Shown: piece after piece, positions 25,831-36,800 of the stretch
Numbering within the stretch: the stretch's first letter is position 1
Layout: each line of letters begins with the position of its first letter
From: an uncultured Lentisphaerales bacterium
GTDB lineage: Bacteria > Verrucomicrobiota > Lentisphaeria > JABSQK01 > UBA12247
Length of the DNA: 64,000 nt
NCBI GenBank assembly: GCA_943788985.1
Contig: CALSSJ010000030.1
Coordinates: 32,001-96,000, forward strand
Reading direction: 5' to 3'
Notes under the pieces: generated by a model
The model's database searches: none
Told to the model about the DNA's origin: nothing
The model's input: only the letters and a program-made list of their open reading frames with translations
Translations under genes and position numbers: made by a program

Positions 25831-27426
25831 CTACGACAACTTTTTCAGGACTGACTCGTCTCCCTTCAGACGGCGGTAGTTGGCATGCATCGCATCGAAG
25901 CGCTTCAGCTGCTGCGGCAGACGCGTTTCGTAGAAGTCTTGGAAGTCCTTGGCGGCCAGGGGGCTCCAGCCAACCTCAGCGATCGCGCAGCCGCGTGGAT
26001 AGGTCATGTAGAGCATGTGCTCGAAATCTGGCATATACTCAGTCCAGACATTTCCCTGTACGCCCATAATGTGCGTGGCTTCGGCCGGCGTCAGCTCAGC
26101 TGGAACCGGATCATAGCTGTAGACCGTACATAACGGCAGGTGCCCGCCGATTGCAAGCGGCTCGCCCTCGGTCGCCTGGCGGTAGTCTAAATAGCAGTGG
26201 GTCGTCGGGCTCATCACCGCATCGTGCGCCGCTCTAACAGCGGCAATCCCGCCCTTCTCTCCCCGCCAACTCATGACCGCAGCATGCGGCGCGAGACCAC
26301 CTTCGAGAATCTCATCCCAGCCAATCAACGTCTTGCCCTTGCCATTCAAAAATTTCTCAATACGCCGAATCACGTAGCTCTGGAGCTCTTTCTCGTCCTG
26401 CAACTGCTCATCCTGAATCCGTTGCTGACAGTCCGGACAGGCCTTCCAGCGGCTCTTGCGGCATTCATCACCGCCGATATGCAGGTAGCTCCCCGGAAAT
26501 AGCTCACAGACCTCAGCGAGGACGTCCTCCAGAAATGAGAAGGTCGATTCCTTGCCAGCGCAGTAGGCATCCTCACTAATCCCCCATTCCACTCGCACCG
26601 GAATCTTCTCGCCGGTACAGCTCAGCTCGGGATACGCGTGAATGGCAGCCATCGAATGCCCCGGTAGCTCGATCTCGGGAACGATCGTGATGAAACGACG
26701 GCGGGCATACTCCACCACCTCCCGAATCTCTGCCTGGGAATAGCAGAAGGGCCCGTAGGCCTCGCCCTTAAATTTCCGGGGTTCGTCGCGAAAATGCCCG
26801 ACTAGTTCGTCTTGGCGGACCGACGCTTCGGTGGCCAGCTTGGGATATTTCTTGATCTCGATGCGCCAGCCTTGGTCTTCGGTCAGATGCCAGTGAAAGA
26901 CATTCATCTTGTGCAAGGCCAAGAGATCGATGAAGCGCTTGACCTCATCTGCAGACGCAAAATGGCGAGCAACGTCGAGCATCAGCCCACGCCAGGCAAA
27001 ACGCGGTTTATCCTCGATCGACACGCAAGGCACGCTCAGCTCACCCTCGTCTACGAGCAACTCGCCGTAGACTTCCGGTGGCAGCAACTGCAACAGGCTT
27101 TGGACGCCCCAGAACGCACCACGCCCCGTGCTTGCGGAGATCGCAACTTTCTGCTCCGAAATCTGCAGGGCGTACGCTTCCTCCCCAAGCGCAGCATCTG
27201 CGCGGATCACGATCGCATTCTCCGCGCTTTTCTGCCCGGCCGTGCTCTCATTCCCAACCACAACGGCAAACCGCGCGGCCAGAAAGTCCGCGGCCAGAGC
27301 GAAGTCTTTGTCGCCCTGGACCACAATCGAGGTGCTAGGCGTAATCGTAAAAGTTCCTTGCTGCACCGTCATGGTGACAGGCTGAGGGATCACGCTAGGG
27401 CCTGTTGGTCGATTGGGCATGGTCAT
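25831..27426 (-). CDS. Beta-N-acetylhexosaminidase (GH20)
   Basis: RGLMLDVARHF, HWHLTEDQGWR, PEIELPGH, HIGGDE and GNVWTEY motifs. Confidence 0.95.
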   Translation of the reverse strand: MTMPNRPTGPSVIPQPVTMTVQQGTFTITPSTSIVVQGDKDFALAADFLAARFAVVVGNESTAGQKSAENAIVIRADAALGEEAYALQISEQKVAISASTGRGAFWGVQSLLQLLPPEVYGELLVDEGELSVPCVSIEDKPRFAWRGLMLDVARHFASADEVKRFIDLLALHKMNVFHWHLTEDQGWRIEIKKYPKLATEASVRQDELVGHFRDEPRKFKGEAYGPFCYSQAEIREVVEYARRRFITIVPEIELPGHSMAAIHAYPELSCTGEKIPVRVEWGISEDAYCAGKESTFSFLEDVLAEVCELFPGSYLHIGGDECRKSRWKACPDCQQRIQDEQLQDEKELQSYVIRRIEKFLNGKGKTLIGWDEILEGGLAPHAAVMSWRGEKGGIAAVRAAHDAVMSPTTHCYLDYRQATEGEPLAIGGHLPLCTVYSYDPVPAELTPAEATHIMGVQGNVWTEYMPDFEHMLYMTYPRGCAIAEVGWSPLAAKDFQDFYETRLPQQLKRFDAMHANYRRLKGDESVLKKLS

Positions 27427-27448
27427 GGTTCCTCTTGGGCTTAGTGAT

Positions 27449-29959
27449 TCAACGTTGGCGTCGCGGGTCGGTATCCACGGGCGCCGAGCGCTCGCTCTCG
27501 CCCCGCGAGTTCCAGGCGGTGACCGCGTACTGAAACACGCGCACGTCGCTCATATCGATGGCAGCTGCAGCTTCGAGCCCAGGCTCGGCATAGCTGGCGA
27601 CAATTCCCTTCGCTCGATCCGTAAACTCCGGTGCTTGACAGCGCGCGAGCGCGGTCCACTGCGCCCGCGGATGCTCCCGGCGATACACCACATAGCCAGC
27701 AGCTCCCGCGACCGGTCCCCAAGCCAAGCTGGCCTGACCTTCCTCAAGCGTAAGCTCAAGCCCACCAGGTGCCACGGTTCGGACACGTGCTGCGAGGCCC
27801 TGGCCCTGCGGTGCAACCGGCTTCCCGAATGACCACGAGCTGTCCCCGGTAAGCGTAAAGCCGACGCGTTTTTGCTTGGGATCGTGCTCCGCTGGCTCGC
27901 CATTGATGTGTAACGGCTCGAACAGCTTGGGCAGTTGCGCCCGCACCAGCAGCCGGGTACGCGCCTGGGCCACGCCATGACTACTGCGGGCCGTGAATTC
28001 GAGTTCTAGCTCCTGCGCATCGCGCGGGGCCTGGCCCCGCAGCTCACGCGTCAGCGGCTCGTACGTCAGCCAGTCCGGCAGGCCGGCTACGGTGACCTTG
28101 GGTGCCGGGATCCCGCTCACCGGCACGGTCAGCTGAAATGGAGTGTCCCAGACTACGGTGAGCATCGCTGGCAGGTGAACGGCCGGGCCGCCGGTCTCCA
28201 CGCTCGGAAGCAGTTCGGCCACGGCAACGCTGATGGTCATACCGGCCAAAGCGGCTGCTTGCCCGTGTGCCCGCAGGACTTTCCCCTGTCGGCGCGGCAC
28301 GTTCAGGCGCAACACGCCCTCGCCTGCCGTCTCAAGCGTGAATTGCGAAGTTCGCAACATCCCGGGACTGGTCAGAAGGATCTCAAACTCATCCGGGGTG
28401 CGATGCACCAGGATGCCCGCGGCGCGCCCACGCAGGCCCCAACTCGGCTGGGTCCCGCTGCCAAAGCAGGCCCAGTCATTCTCGAGCGTGATCGCGCGCT
28501 CGCTGAGCGTAGAGGTGGTGCCTACAGCCCCGTCATCGTGAGCCTGGAGGGTGATAGCCGAGGCGCTTCCCAACGTCGCGTGCACTGCGAAACGATTGGC
28601 CAAGATCGCCAGTGTGGACTCGCGTCCGCCTTGCCGAATCCAGCTTAGCTGATTACCGGTTCCGGCCAGAAAGCGAGCGTCGAATGCCACCGCGCCAGGC
28701 ACCAGCGGCCAGCTGGCGCCGTGCACTCGGCCTCCGGCAATGACGGCAAGCGGTGGCTCGGCCGCCGCTTGCCAGATGGCCGCAGCCTGGCCCGCGGTGT
28801 GCAGGATCACGGCGTGGTCCGCGAGGATTGCGGACTCCGCAATCCGCGGCAGCTGCAAAGCCCGTTCCAGGCAGCTGGCCGGAGCGCCGGTCAGCATGTT
28901 GTAGACCCCGGCGAAGGACCGCCCGTACCCGGGCGAGAGTTGCGGAGTTCGCAACGCCGCGGCTTGTTTGACGAGCTGACGCCATTGCGGAGATCGCAAC
29001 GGATCCCCCGGCAACCGGGCCGCAATCCGGACAATCGCCTCGAGTCGCTCGCAGCGCAGGGATTCCAGAACGGCCCAGCGCTTCACCGCCAAATAGGCTT
29101 GGTCAAGATCTTCGCGGGCCACCGTGCTCTCGCGCAGATGCGCCTGCCAGGCCTCCAGTTCTGCCTCGCTGGGAGCGCGCGGGACGCTAGGCGGAGCTGG
29201 ACACGCGCCGCGCTCAAACTCTGGCAGTGCGAATGCGCCCAGCTCACCGATGGCCAGCAGGCCACGGACGCGGCCTGTGCTGAATTCGGGTGCCTCAGGC
29301 ACCCGCGTGAGCGTGGCGGCAGTGGCGATATCGAGCGATCCCGCCGCGCCAGCAGCGGTGTGCTCAAGCTGGAGATACGGGCAGGCATGGTAGCTGCGCA
29401 GGATCAGCTCATGAACCCCGCCATTGGCAAACACGGTGGTCAGTGCGAACTCCGCAAACACGGAACCAGAGACCCGCGTCTCGAAGTCGCGGCGCATTGC
29501 GGTTTGCGAACTCCGCACCGCCAGCCGGGCCGTGAGCGGTCCGCGCTGAATGAGAAGGCTCGGGCTGTCTAAGTCCCAGCTCACGGTGTAGGTCGGCGCG
29601 GACGTCGGATACTTGGGCGACGAATTCGGGAATTGGGCGGTCAGAGCTCGGTGTGCGCAGAGCAGATGGACGCGCGCGAACCAAGAGCCATCGCCATTGC
29701 GTCGAGTGCCCGTGAGCTGAAGCGGAACGGGACTGCCAGCGGGGTCCAGCAGCACTAGGCGCTCGGGCGGTAGATCCCGGGGAAATTGCATGTGCAACGC
29801 GGCGGGGCCAGGCAAATACGGGACCAGCGCCTCGCTGACCTGAGCGGTAGCCCCCGGCTTTGGGTGAAGCAGGTAAGGGTTATCCCGCTGGCTGTGCGCG
29901 ACGGCGACACAGGCAAGCAGCGCGAAACAGAGTGTGCGTTTAGCTACGGTCGCGCCCAT
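27449..29959 (-). CDS. Secreted hypothetical protein with He_PIG-like Ig domain and C-terminal FN3-like domain
   Basis: Signal-like TLCFALLACVAVAHS; GLPDWLTYEP...LRGQAP; LAWGPVAGAAGYVVYR...YAVTAWNSRGES. Start uncertain. Confidence 0.6.
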   Translation of the reverse strand: MGATVAKRTLCFALLACVAVAHSQRDNPYLLHPKPGATAQVSEALVPYLPGPAALHMQFPRDLPPERLVLLDPAGSPVPLQLTGTRRNGDGSWFARVHLLCAHRALTAQFPNSSPKYPTSAPTYTVSWDLDSPSLLIQRGPLTARLAVRSSQTAMRRDFETRVSGSVFAEFALTTVFANGGVHELILRSYHACPYLQLEHTAAGAAGSLDIATAATLTRVPEAPEFSTGRVRGLLAIGELGAFALPEFERGACPAPPSVPRAPSEAELEAWQAHLRESTVAREDLDQAYLAVKRWAVLESLRCERLEAIVRIAARLPGDPLRSPQWRQLVKQAAALRTPQLSPGYGRSFAGVYNMLTGAPASCLERALQLPRIAESAILADHAVILHTAGQAAAIWQAAAEPPLAVIAGGRVHGASWPLVPGAVAFDARFLAGTGNQLSWIRQGGRESTLAILANRFAVHATLGSASAITLQAHDDGAVGTTSTLSERAITLENDWACFGSGTQPSWGLRGRAAGILVHRTPDEFEILLTSPGMLRTSQFTLETAGEGVLRLNVPRRQGKVLRAHGQAAALAGMTISVAVAELLPSVETGGPAVHLPAMLTVVWDTPFQLTVPVSGIPAPKVTVAGLPDWLTYEPLTRELRGQAPRDAQELELEFTARSSHGVAQARTRLLVRAQLPKLFEPLHINGEPAEHDPKQKRVGFTLTGDSSWSFGKPVAPQGQGLAARVRTVAPGGLELTLEEGQASLAWGPVAGAAGYVVYRREHPRAQWTALARCQAPEFTDRAKGIVASYAEPGLEAAAAIDMSDVRVFQYAVTAWNSRGESERSAPVDTDPRRQR

Positions 29960-30884
29960 ACCAGGCTGCCGCGGCGCGGAGGCCATCGACAAGTTCCATG
30001 CTAGGCTCGAAACCAAGCAGCTTGCGCGCCTGGCTGATGTCCGCCACGTAGTGGGTTACCTCGCCTACGCGCGCTCGCTCGAACGAGACGTCTGCTTTGA
30101 CACCGAGGACTTCTTCGAAGGTCTCCGCGACCATACGTAGCGGCGAGCCGCTACCGTAAGCTAGGTTGAAGGTCTGATTGCGGACTTCGCCGCTCAACAG
30201 CTTCTGGCAGCCCGCGAAGACGCCCCGCACACAGTCGTCGACGTAGGTAAAATCGAGCACTTTTTCCGGCCCAAAGATGGTAATCGGGCGGCCGGCGGCA
30301 ATCTCGCGATAGAACAGCGGAATCACGCGTTCCATGCGCTCGATATCATCATCGAAACGCCCATAGACGTTGCTGAAGCGAAAGACCAGATAGGGCAGCT
30401 CGTAGCAACGGGCGTAGGAGTAGATGAACGCTTCGCTGGAGATCTTGCTCGCGGAATAGGGGCTCTCAGTGGTGCTGAAGCTGGCGTCTCCTTCGCTGGT
30501 GACGTAGCGCTTGATGTCGCCGTAGACTTCGCGGGTGGAGCTGAAGACCAGCGGGATGGAATTGATGCGACAGTATTCGATGACGTTGAAGGTCATGTTG
30601 AAGTTATCGCGCGCTTTGCTCGGGAATTCGACCAACTCGTGAACCTTGGCATTGGCAGCCAGATGCACGACGAGATCGATGGGCCCATAGTCGACATCGC
30701 CGAGGCCGCCGTTGAAATCAGGAAAGGGGGCGGAGAGGTCTTGCAGCAAGAGGGGAAACTCGTTGCTCCAAGTGTTCGGGCGCTTGTCGATGCCAAACAC
30801 TTCGTAGCCATGTTCGAGGCAGGTGAGCCCGAGATTGGTCCCGATCTGCCCGGCGGCTCCCGTGATGAGAATTCGCTTCGCCAT
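29940..30884 (-). CDS. NAD-dependent epimerase/dehydratase (extended SDR)
   Basis: ITGAAGQIG, YSASK, RFSNVYG and LDFTYVDD motifs. Confidence 0.92.
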   Translation of the reverse strand: MAKRILITGAAGQIGTNLGLTCLEHGYEVFGIDKRPNTWSNEFPLLLQDLSAPFPDFNGGLGDVDYGPIDLVVHLAANAKVHELVEFPSKARDNFNMTFNVIEYCRINSIPLVFSSTREVYGDIKRYVTSEGDASFSTTESPYSASKISSEAFIYSYARCYELPYLVFRFSNVYGRFDDDIERMERVIPLFYREIAAGRPITIFGPEKVLDFTYVDDCVRGVFAGCQKLLSGEVRNQTFNLAYGSGSPLRMVAETFEEVLGVKADVSFERARVGEVTHYVADISQARKLLGFEPSMELVDGLRAAAAWYGRDRS

Positions 30885-31114
30885 CAGATCACCAGCTCGG
30901 CGCTGCCAATGGTCAGACTCACGGCAAAAGCGGCCAGCATGCCTAGGGCGTTGTACGGGGATTGCGAACTCCGCGCGTAGGCGAAGTACATGCAGAAGGG
31001 GGGAACCAGCAGGGTCAGCAGGCCCTCACCGCGGCTTTCGCGGAACGCCTCAAGGACGTAAAGCACATAGAAGCCACTGGCGACGAGCAGAAACAAAATC
31101 TGAAGGATATGCAT
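30884..31114 (-). CDS. Small membrane protein
   Basis: Hydrophobic 76-aa ORF from ATG 31114; its stop overlaps the epimerase start. Confidence 0.55.
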   Translation of the reverse strand: MHILQILFLLVASGFYVLYVLEAFRESRGEGLLTLLVPPFCMYFAYARSSQSPYNALGMLAAFAVSLTIGSAELVI

Positions 31115-31178
31115 GAGAAGGTTCCGGTTCGCGTTGGGTCGGTACCATAGCTGACAAGCGGTCATAGATCTACGAGGA

Positions 31179-31757
31179 TTACGGCAGGCCGTAATCGGCA
31201 ACCGTCACAAGCGCCTCGGAGCGATATTGGCTTGCCGGCGTCACCGCGCGGCGTTGCCAAGGAATTCGGCCAAAGAACCACAGCTTCCAGAAGGTTTGTG
31301 GGCAGTCAGGATAACGGCTGAGTGTTTGCTCAAAGGTCTCCAATATGCCCACCTCGACACCGGTCGCCTCGAGCAACACGTCATAGACGAGCTTGGAGCA
31401 ATACTGACGCGGGCTGTCGTAGGCAAAGCCGAGGTGATACCAGCCCCCCATCCGGGCCGCGCAGGCGTCCTCGAGCTTCGCTTGCTGCTCGCCAGTGAGA
31501 GCCGTTTCCGGGCGGCGAATGGCGTACATGCCATTCTCTGAGCGGGCGATAAACGCGTCCAGAGCCGAGTATGCGCAGCGTGGCACGCGGCTTTCTGCCA
31601 CGCGCAGGCCCCCGGCCGGATCGCTGACCAAAACCCCGACATGCGAGGTCCACGATTGCGTCGCCTTGGCCACGTGCCGGTAGAGCAGGTTATCAATTCT
31701 GGTGAAGACCACATCACCCGGTCGCAGCGAACTCCGCAAAGTATCCGTGATCATCAT
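31179..31757 (-). CDS. Permuted papain-like amidase (YebB/YiiX, C92 family)
   Basis: GDVVF, WTSHVG, QYCSKLV and WFFGRIPW motifs. Confidence 0.85.
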   Translation of the reverse strand: MMITDTLRSSLRPGDVVFTRIDNLLYRHVAKATQSWTSHVGVLVSDPAGGLRVAESRVPRCAYSALDAFIARSENGMYAIRRPETALTGEQQAKLEDACAARMGGWYHLGFAYDSPRQYCSKLVYDVLLEATGVEVGILETFEQTLSRYPDCPQTFWKLWFFGRIPWQRRAVTPASQYRSEALVTVADYGLP

Positions 31758-31900
31758 TCAATCTCCGAGGTAAGGAACGTTCAGCGCGGTCACCGTAGGT
31801 TCGAGCGATGTTTTGGCGAGGGGCCCTCTGCGGGGGAAGACGACTAGGCAGGGGTAAGGGCGGACCACTCTGCGAGAAGCTGTGGAATCTGCGGAGAGAA

Positions 31901-32431
31901 TCACTCCCGACCAAGTGTCGTTGCGCTCTCCGGCTGATCGAATGTAAATTGGTAGAGGACGAGGTCAAGGGACCGATCAGCCTTGCGGGCAACGCCGGGT
32001 AGTAGACCAACCTGGCTGAAGCCCTCGCTCTCGTGAAGGCGACAGCTCGCGTGATTGCGGGAGTCTAGGGCACCGATGATGACCCGATAGCCAGCGGTGC
32101 GAGCGTGCGAGATCAGTTCGCGAAGCAGAGCGCGGCCAATGCCGTGCCGGCGGGCATCGACGCGGACGTAGAGTGAATGCTCGACGGTCTGCGAAAAGCC
32201 AGCTTGGCCGCGAAATGGGCCGTAGCTGCCAAAGCCGACCAGGCCGCCAAGATCGTCAAGCACGCCGATGACTGGCAAGTTGGCTGGCTGCCGTTCCTCA
32301 AACCAGGTTGCGATGTCCGCAATCGTCAAGAGTTCGGTCTCGTACAGCGCGTCGGAGGTCGCGATCTCGTGGTTGATGATGGCAAGGACGGCGTCGCCAT
32401 AGGCGTCCAAGGTGCACTGGCAGAAGGTCAT
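31901..32431 (-). CDS. GNAT N-acetyltransferase (phosphinothricin/methionine sulfoximine type)
   Basis: GFGSYGPFR, VEHSLYV, RRHGIGRALL and NHASCRLHESEGF motifs. Confidence 0.88.
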   Translation of the reverse strand: MTFCQCTLDAYGDAVLAIINHEIATSDALYETELLTIADIATWFEERQPANLPVIGVLDDLGGLVGFGSYGPFRGQAGFSQTVEHSLYVRVDARRHGIGRALLRELISHARTAGYRVIIGALDSRNHASCRLHESEGFSQVGLLPGVARKADRSLDLVLYQFTFDQPESATTLGRE

Positions 32432-32693
32432 TCTTGGCCCCCTCGTCTGGTGATTTATCGCGCGTTCGGTCAGGCTGGTACCGTAATCGGGAACCGCTGG
32501 TTCCCAAGAGATTTTTGCGCAATCTGAGCTGCCGAGCTCCCGATAGGACGATAAATGATGTGATTCGACGCATTCGGGTGTACCTCAGGTGGAACATGGC
32601 TCGATTGCGGACAGCGGATAACGGGCTTGCTTTCCCATCGTCGCTGGTCACAGTCCGGCATCAGCATTTTAAGATTTTTAAGGCTTTTAAATA

Positions 32694-33801
32694 ATGAAGA
32701 CACGTGACGAATTGCAGGCCGCGGGCAAAGATGCCCAAGCACGGTTGGAGCAGTTAAGGGGGTTCCTTTGACGTCGTGGGACGAACGACGCTGAGAGCAG
32801 AACTGGAGCAGCGGATGTCTGCGCCGGATTTCTGGGAAGATAAAGATCGGGCGCAGCAGACTGTGGCCGAACTGAGTATTTGCAAGAACCTGCTGGAGCC
32901 ATTCTTCGCGCTGGAGGGGAACGTCGAGGATTTCGGAGTTCTGCTTGAGTTAATTGACGAGGAAGACGGCTCCGCGGAGATGCTTGCTGAGGGCAACGAG
33001 ACTGTGGAAACGCTCTTTGGAGAGCTAGAACGGCTGGAGATTGTCAGCTTCTTGAGTGGTGAGTTTGACTCGAGTAACGCCTACATCACGCTGAAGCCCG
33101 GGTCCGGTGGAACTGAGTCTTGCGATTGGGCAGCGATGTTGTTCCGCATGTATTCTCGTTGGGTGGAACGGCGCGGCTTCGTCGGGGATATCATGGAACT
33201 ACAGAGCGGTGAAGTGGCGGGCATTAAGAGCGCGACTCTCTACGTCAAGGGCGACTTTGCCTATGGCTATCTTGCTGCAGAACGCGGGGTGCATCGGCTG
33301 GTCCGGCTGTCGCCATTCGACAGCAGTAATCGCCGGCACACGTCGTTTGCCGCACTGGATGTGGTGCCCGAGATTCCGGATGATGTCGAGGTGGAAATCG
33401 ATGAGAAGGACCTTCGCGTGGATACCTACCGCAGTAGCGGAGCTGGTGGCCAGCACGTGAATGTAACGGATAGTGCAGTGCGGCTGACGCATCTGCCGAC
33501 CGGCATTGCCTGCGCTTGCCAGAACGAGCGCTCGCAGCACCAGAACAAGGCGACGGCCCTGCGGATGCTAAGATCGAAGCTGTACGAGCTACAACTGGCA
33601 GAGCGCCAGGCGGCACAGGACGCAGAAATTGGGCCGCGCGAGGATAACGCGTTCGGCAGTCAGATCCGCTCTTACGTCCTGCATCCCTACAAGATGGTAA
33701 AAGATTTACGTACAAATGAGGAAACCAGCGACACAAACGGTGTCCTTGATGGGGATCTTGATGCGTTTATCGAAGCCTACTTGAGGAAATCAGGGAAATG
33801 A
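32694..33801 (+). CDS. prfB: Peptide chain release factor 2 with programmed +1 frameshift
   Basis: ATG 32694, 25 codons, then AGGGGG-TTC-CTT-TGA-C (TGA 32769-32771); the +1 frame carries SPF and GGQ motifs. Confidence 0.96.
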
Positions 33802-36800
33802 CAGACCAAGGAATCCACGCCATTCTTCGTAGCGAGCGGCAAGCGCTTACGCGACGGTTGCTGCTGACTGCTTTCGGGCAGGCAGTCGGGGTGGCGTTGT
33901 TCCCTTTACTACTGATCACGGTCGCCGATCGGTTCATGGTCCTGCGCGAGCCGGTGGCGTTTGGCCTAGCCTTGGCCTTGGGGGTGACGGGCGTGATCTT
34001 TGTGTTATTCCGGCTGGCCAGCGCGCTGCGCCGGATTCCTACCGAGCAGCAGGTGGTCCTGCTCCTCGAGAAGAATTGCCCCCAACTGATGGACTCCCTC
34101 GCCTGCCTGCAGGAGGAGCTCGCGAGCCCCGAGCGGCGATCCGCCTTGCACGAGGTGCTGTTGGCGCGTGTGAGCGAGATGCTGAACGCGCTGGATCTGC
34201 GCCAAGAAGTGATGCGAGATGCTACCCCCATGGGCCGGGTGCTTGCGGTCTATGTACTGACCGCGGCGATGATCATCGGGGTCGCCGTGCAACCATTTGC
34301 CGGCAAGGCGCTGGCGCATGGCCAGTCGCTGGCGGATAAGGACGCGAGCGGGCTGCTGGTTTTGCCAGGAAATGCGGAGTCCGCAATCGGTGGCGATGTG
34401 GCCATCTCCGCAGAAATCCTGCGCGGTGCGCGTGAGGCGACTGTTGAAATTCGCAGTGCCCGCGGCGAGCATAGCTATGCCATGTACGAGGCGGAGGAAG
34501 CCAAGCTGGCCTACGATGTGTTTGCAGTCGATAGCGATTTTAGCTACCGCGTGTCGACGCCGACGCTGCGCTCTGCCTGGTACGCGATCAGTACCTACGA
34601 GCGGCCGGGAATCCGACAAGTGACGGTGCGGGTGACTCCGCCCGCCTACACCAAGCTGCCAGCACGTGAGCAGCTATCACTCGACGATCTCCAGGCCCCA
34701 GAGGGCTCGGAGATCGAAGTCAACTTCGTGTTTACGTTGCCTGTGGCGCTGGAGTTGGTGCCCGTCGAGGGGGATGCCCTCACGGTCGGCGAAACACTGG
34801 CGGCCACTGGCCGCTATGCGGCTGTGCTGGAAGAGACCATGGACTACGGAATCGTGATGACAGATGCGGCTGGCCATCGCGAACAGGCCGGACGGCGGTT
34901 GCGAATCGAGGCGGTACCTGATCTCCCGCCAGCCGTCCACGTGGTGGCCCCGGAAGATGATGCCCACGTCCATGTGGAGTCAGAAGTGACCTTTGCCTTG
35001 AGCGGGATTGATGACTACGGCATCACCGCTATGACTATTTTTTACGCAATCAATGACGATGACTTTCAACCGCACCCGGTCTACTTCGCGAAGGATGGTG
35101 AGACGCTCGAGAAGAGTCGCACTGACAGCGCGGTGTTTGAACTCGACGGGCTCGTCGTGGAAGGCGATGTGATCTCCTACTATGGCGTTGCGTCCGATAA
35201 TGCTGAGCCCGAGAACCAGACCGGAGAGACGGATGTACGCTTTCTCGAAATACGGCCTCTGGAGGATGAAAGCATCTCGACACAGATGTCGGGCGGCAGC
35301 GGCAGCAAGAGCGAGGACTTGAACATCAGTGACCTGATCGTGGAACAAAAGCACCTGATTCGGGCTACGTGGGGCGCGCTGCGGCGGATCGAGCGGCCAG
35401 AAACCAAGGCGGAACTGGAGCGCGTGACCCGAGACGCGGAGCAGCTGGCAACGGCCGCAGCCAAGCGCTGGGAGGAACTGAAAGAGCGCGCCGGCGAAGC
35501 CCTGGGTGGCCCAATTCCGGAGCTATTCGAGGAGGCCTTGACCAGCATGCAGAATGCATCCGTCGCCCTGGAAAGCGCGTTGCCCCGGGAGTCCATGAAG
35601 TTTCAACAGGATTCGCTGGCGAAACTGATTCAGATCGAAATTGAGCTACTGAAGAACAGCATGCAGGCCGAGGGCCAGGGCGGAGAAGGTGGGGAACCGC
35701 CCAAAGAGCCGCCGGAGAACGCACAGGCACAAGAAAGTGAGGGGGACGAGAAGAGCGCCCAGAAACAAAAAGAGCGGGTTGCAGATCTGAAGGCATTTTT
35801 GAATCGGTTGGAAATGTTGATTCACAAGCAGGAGAACATCATCTCCGAGATCAGCCGAAATCTGCGGAAACCGATCACGCCGGCGGCGCGGGATCATCTC
35901 GCGAATGAGCAGCATGCCAACGAGCAAGATTGCGAAGTGCTGCGCGCGGAGCTGCGGCAGTTTGAGGAGGCCTATCCCGTGGCTTCGGAGTTGCAAAATG
36001 CATCCGCGAATATGGGGGAAGCTAAGAGGCGCCTGCGCTCTGGCGCGACCGGAGCCTCGCACGTGCTGGCCAAACGCGGCCATCATTTTTTAGAGCGGGC
36101 CTATGAGCGCTTGAGCCAACTGATCGATGCCTACGAGGCAGACCAATTTACCAAAGCGCAACGGCAGCTCGATCGCCTGGTGAAGAAACAGGAAGAGCTC
36201 AAGCGGGATACCGAGACCGCGGCAAAGCAGAAGCAGGATCAGAAAAAGGCGGAGGCGGCCAAGAAATCCGAGCCTAAGCTTGCCCGCAATGACGAGAAGC
36301 AGCCGTCCCCAGGGCAGAGCGGCAAGCCACAGCAGCCGGGAGAGGCTGGCAAAGCATGTGCCACCGGTAAGCCAGGCCAGACCGGGGCTCCCAGCCAACA
36401 GGCTGGTGGACCGGGTGCTGGCGGTCAAAGCGGGGGCAAGGACGGGCAACCACCGCTGGATAGTGCCCCGAAGTCGGGCCAACCCAGCGCGGATGAAACG
36501 GCGCAAGCGAGCAAGACAGGCACGTCCTCCGCTGAGCTTAAGAAGCGGCAGGAAGAGCTGCGCGACGAGCTGAACAAGTTCATGTCCCAGCTGTCGTCCA
36601 TGGCGGGCGATTATGAGTCCACCAATCCGGGGCTGTCGAACGGAATCTCGGAGGCGGCGTCCAATGCCAGGAAGGATAAGGTCGACGCCAGCATGAAGCG
36701 GGCAGAGAACGCCTTGCGCTATAAGAAGGAAGAGCGTGCTGCCGATTTTCAGGAGAAAGCCCTCGCCGGTATGGCTGGGCTGTCCAAGGGACTGGAGAAA

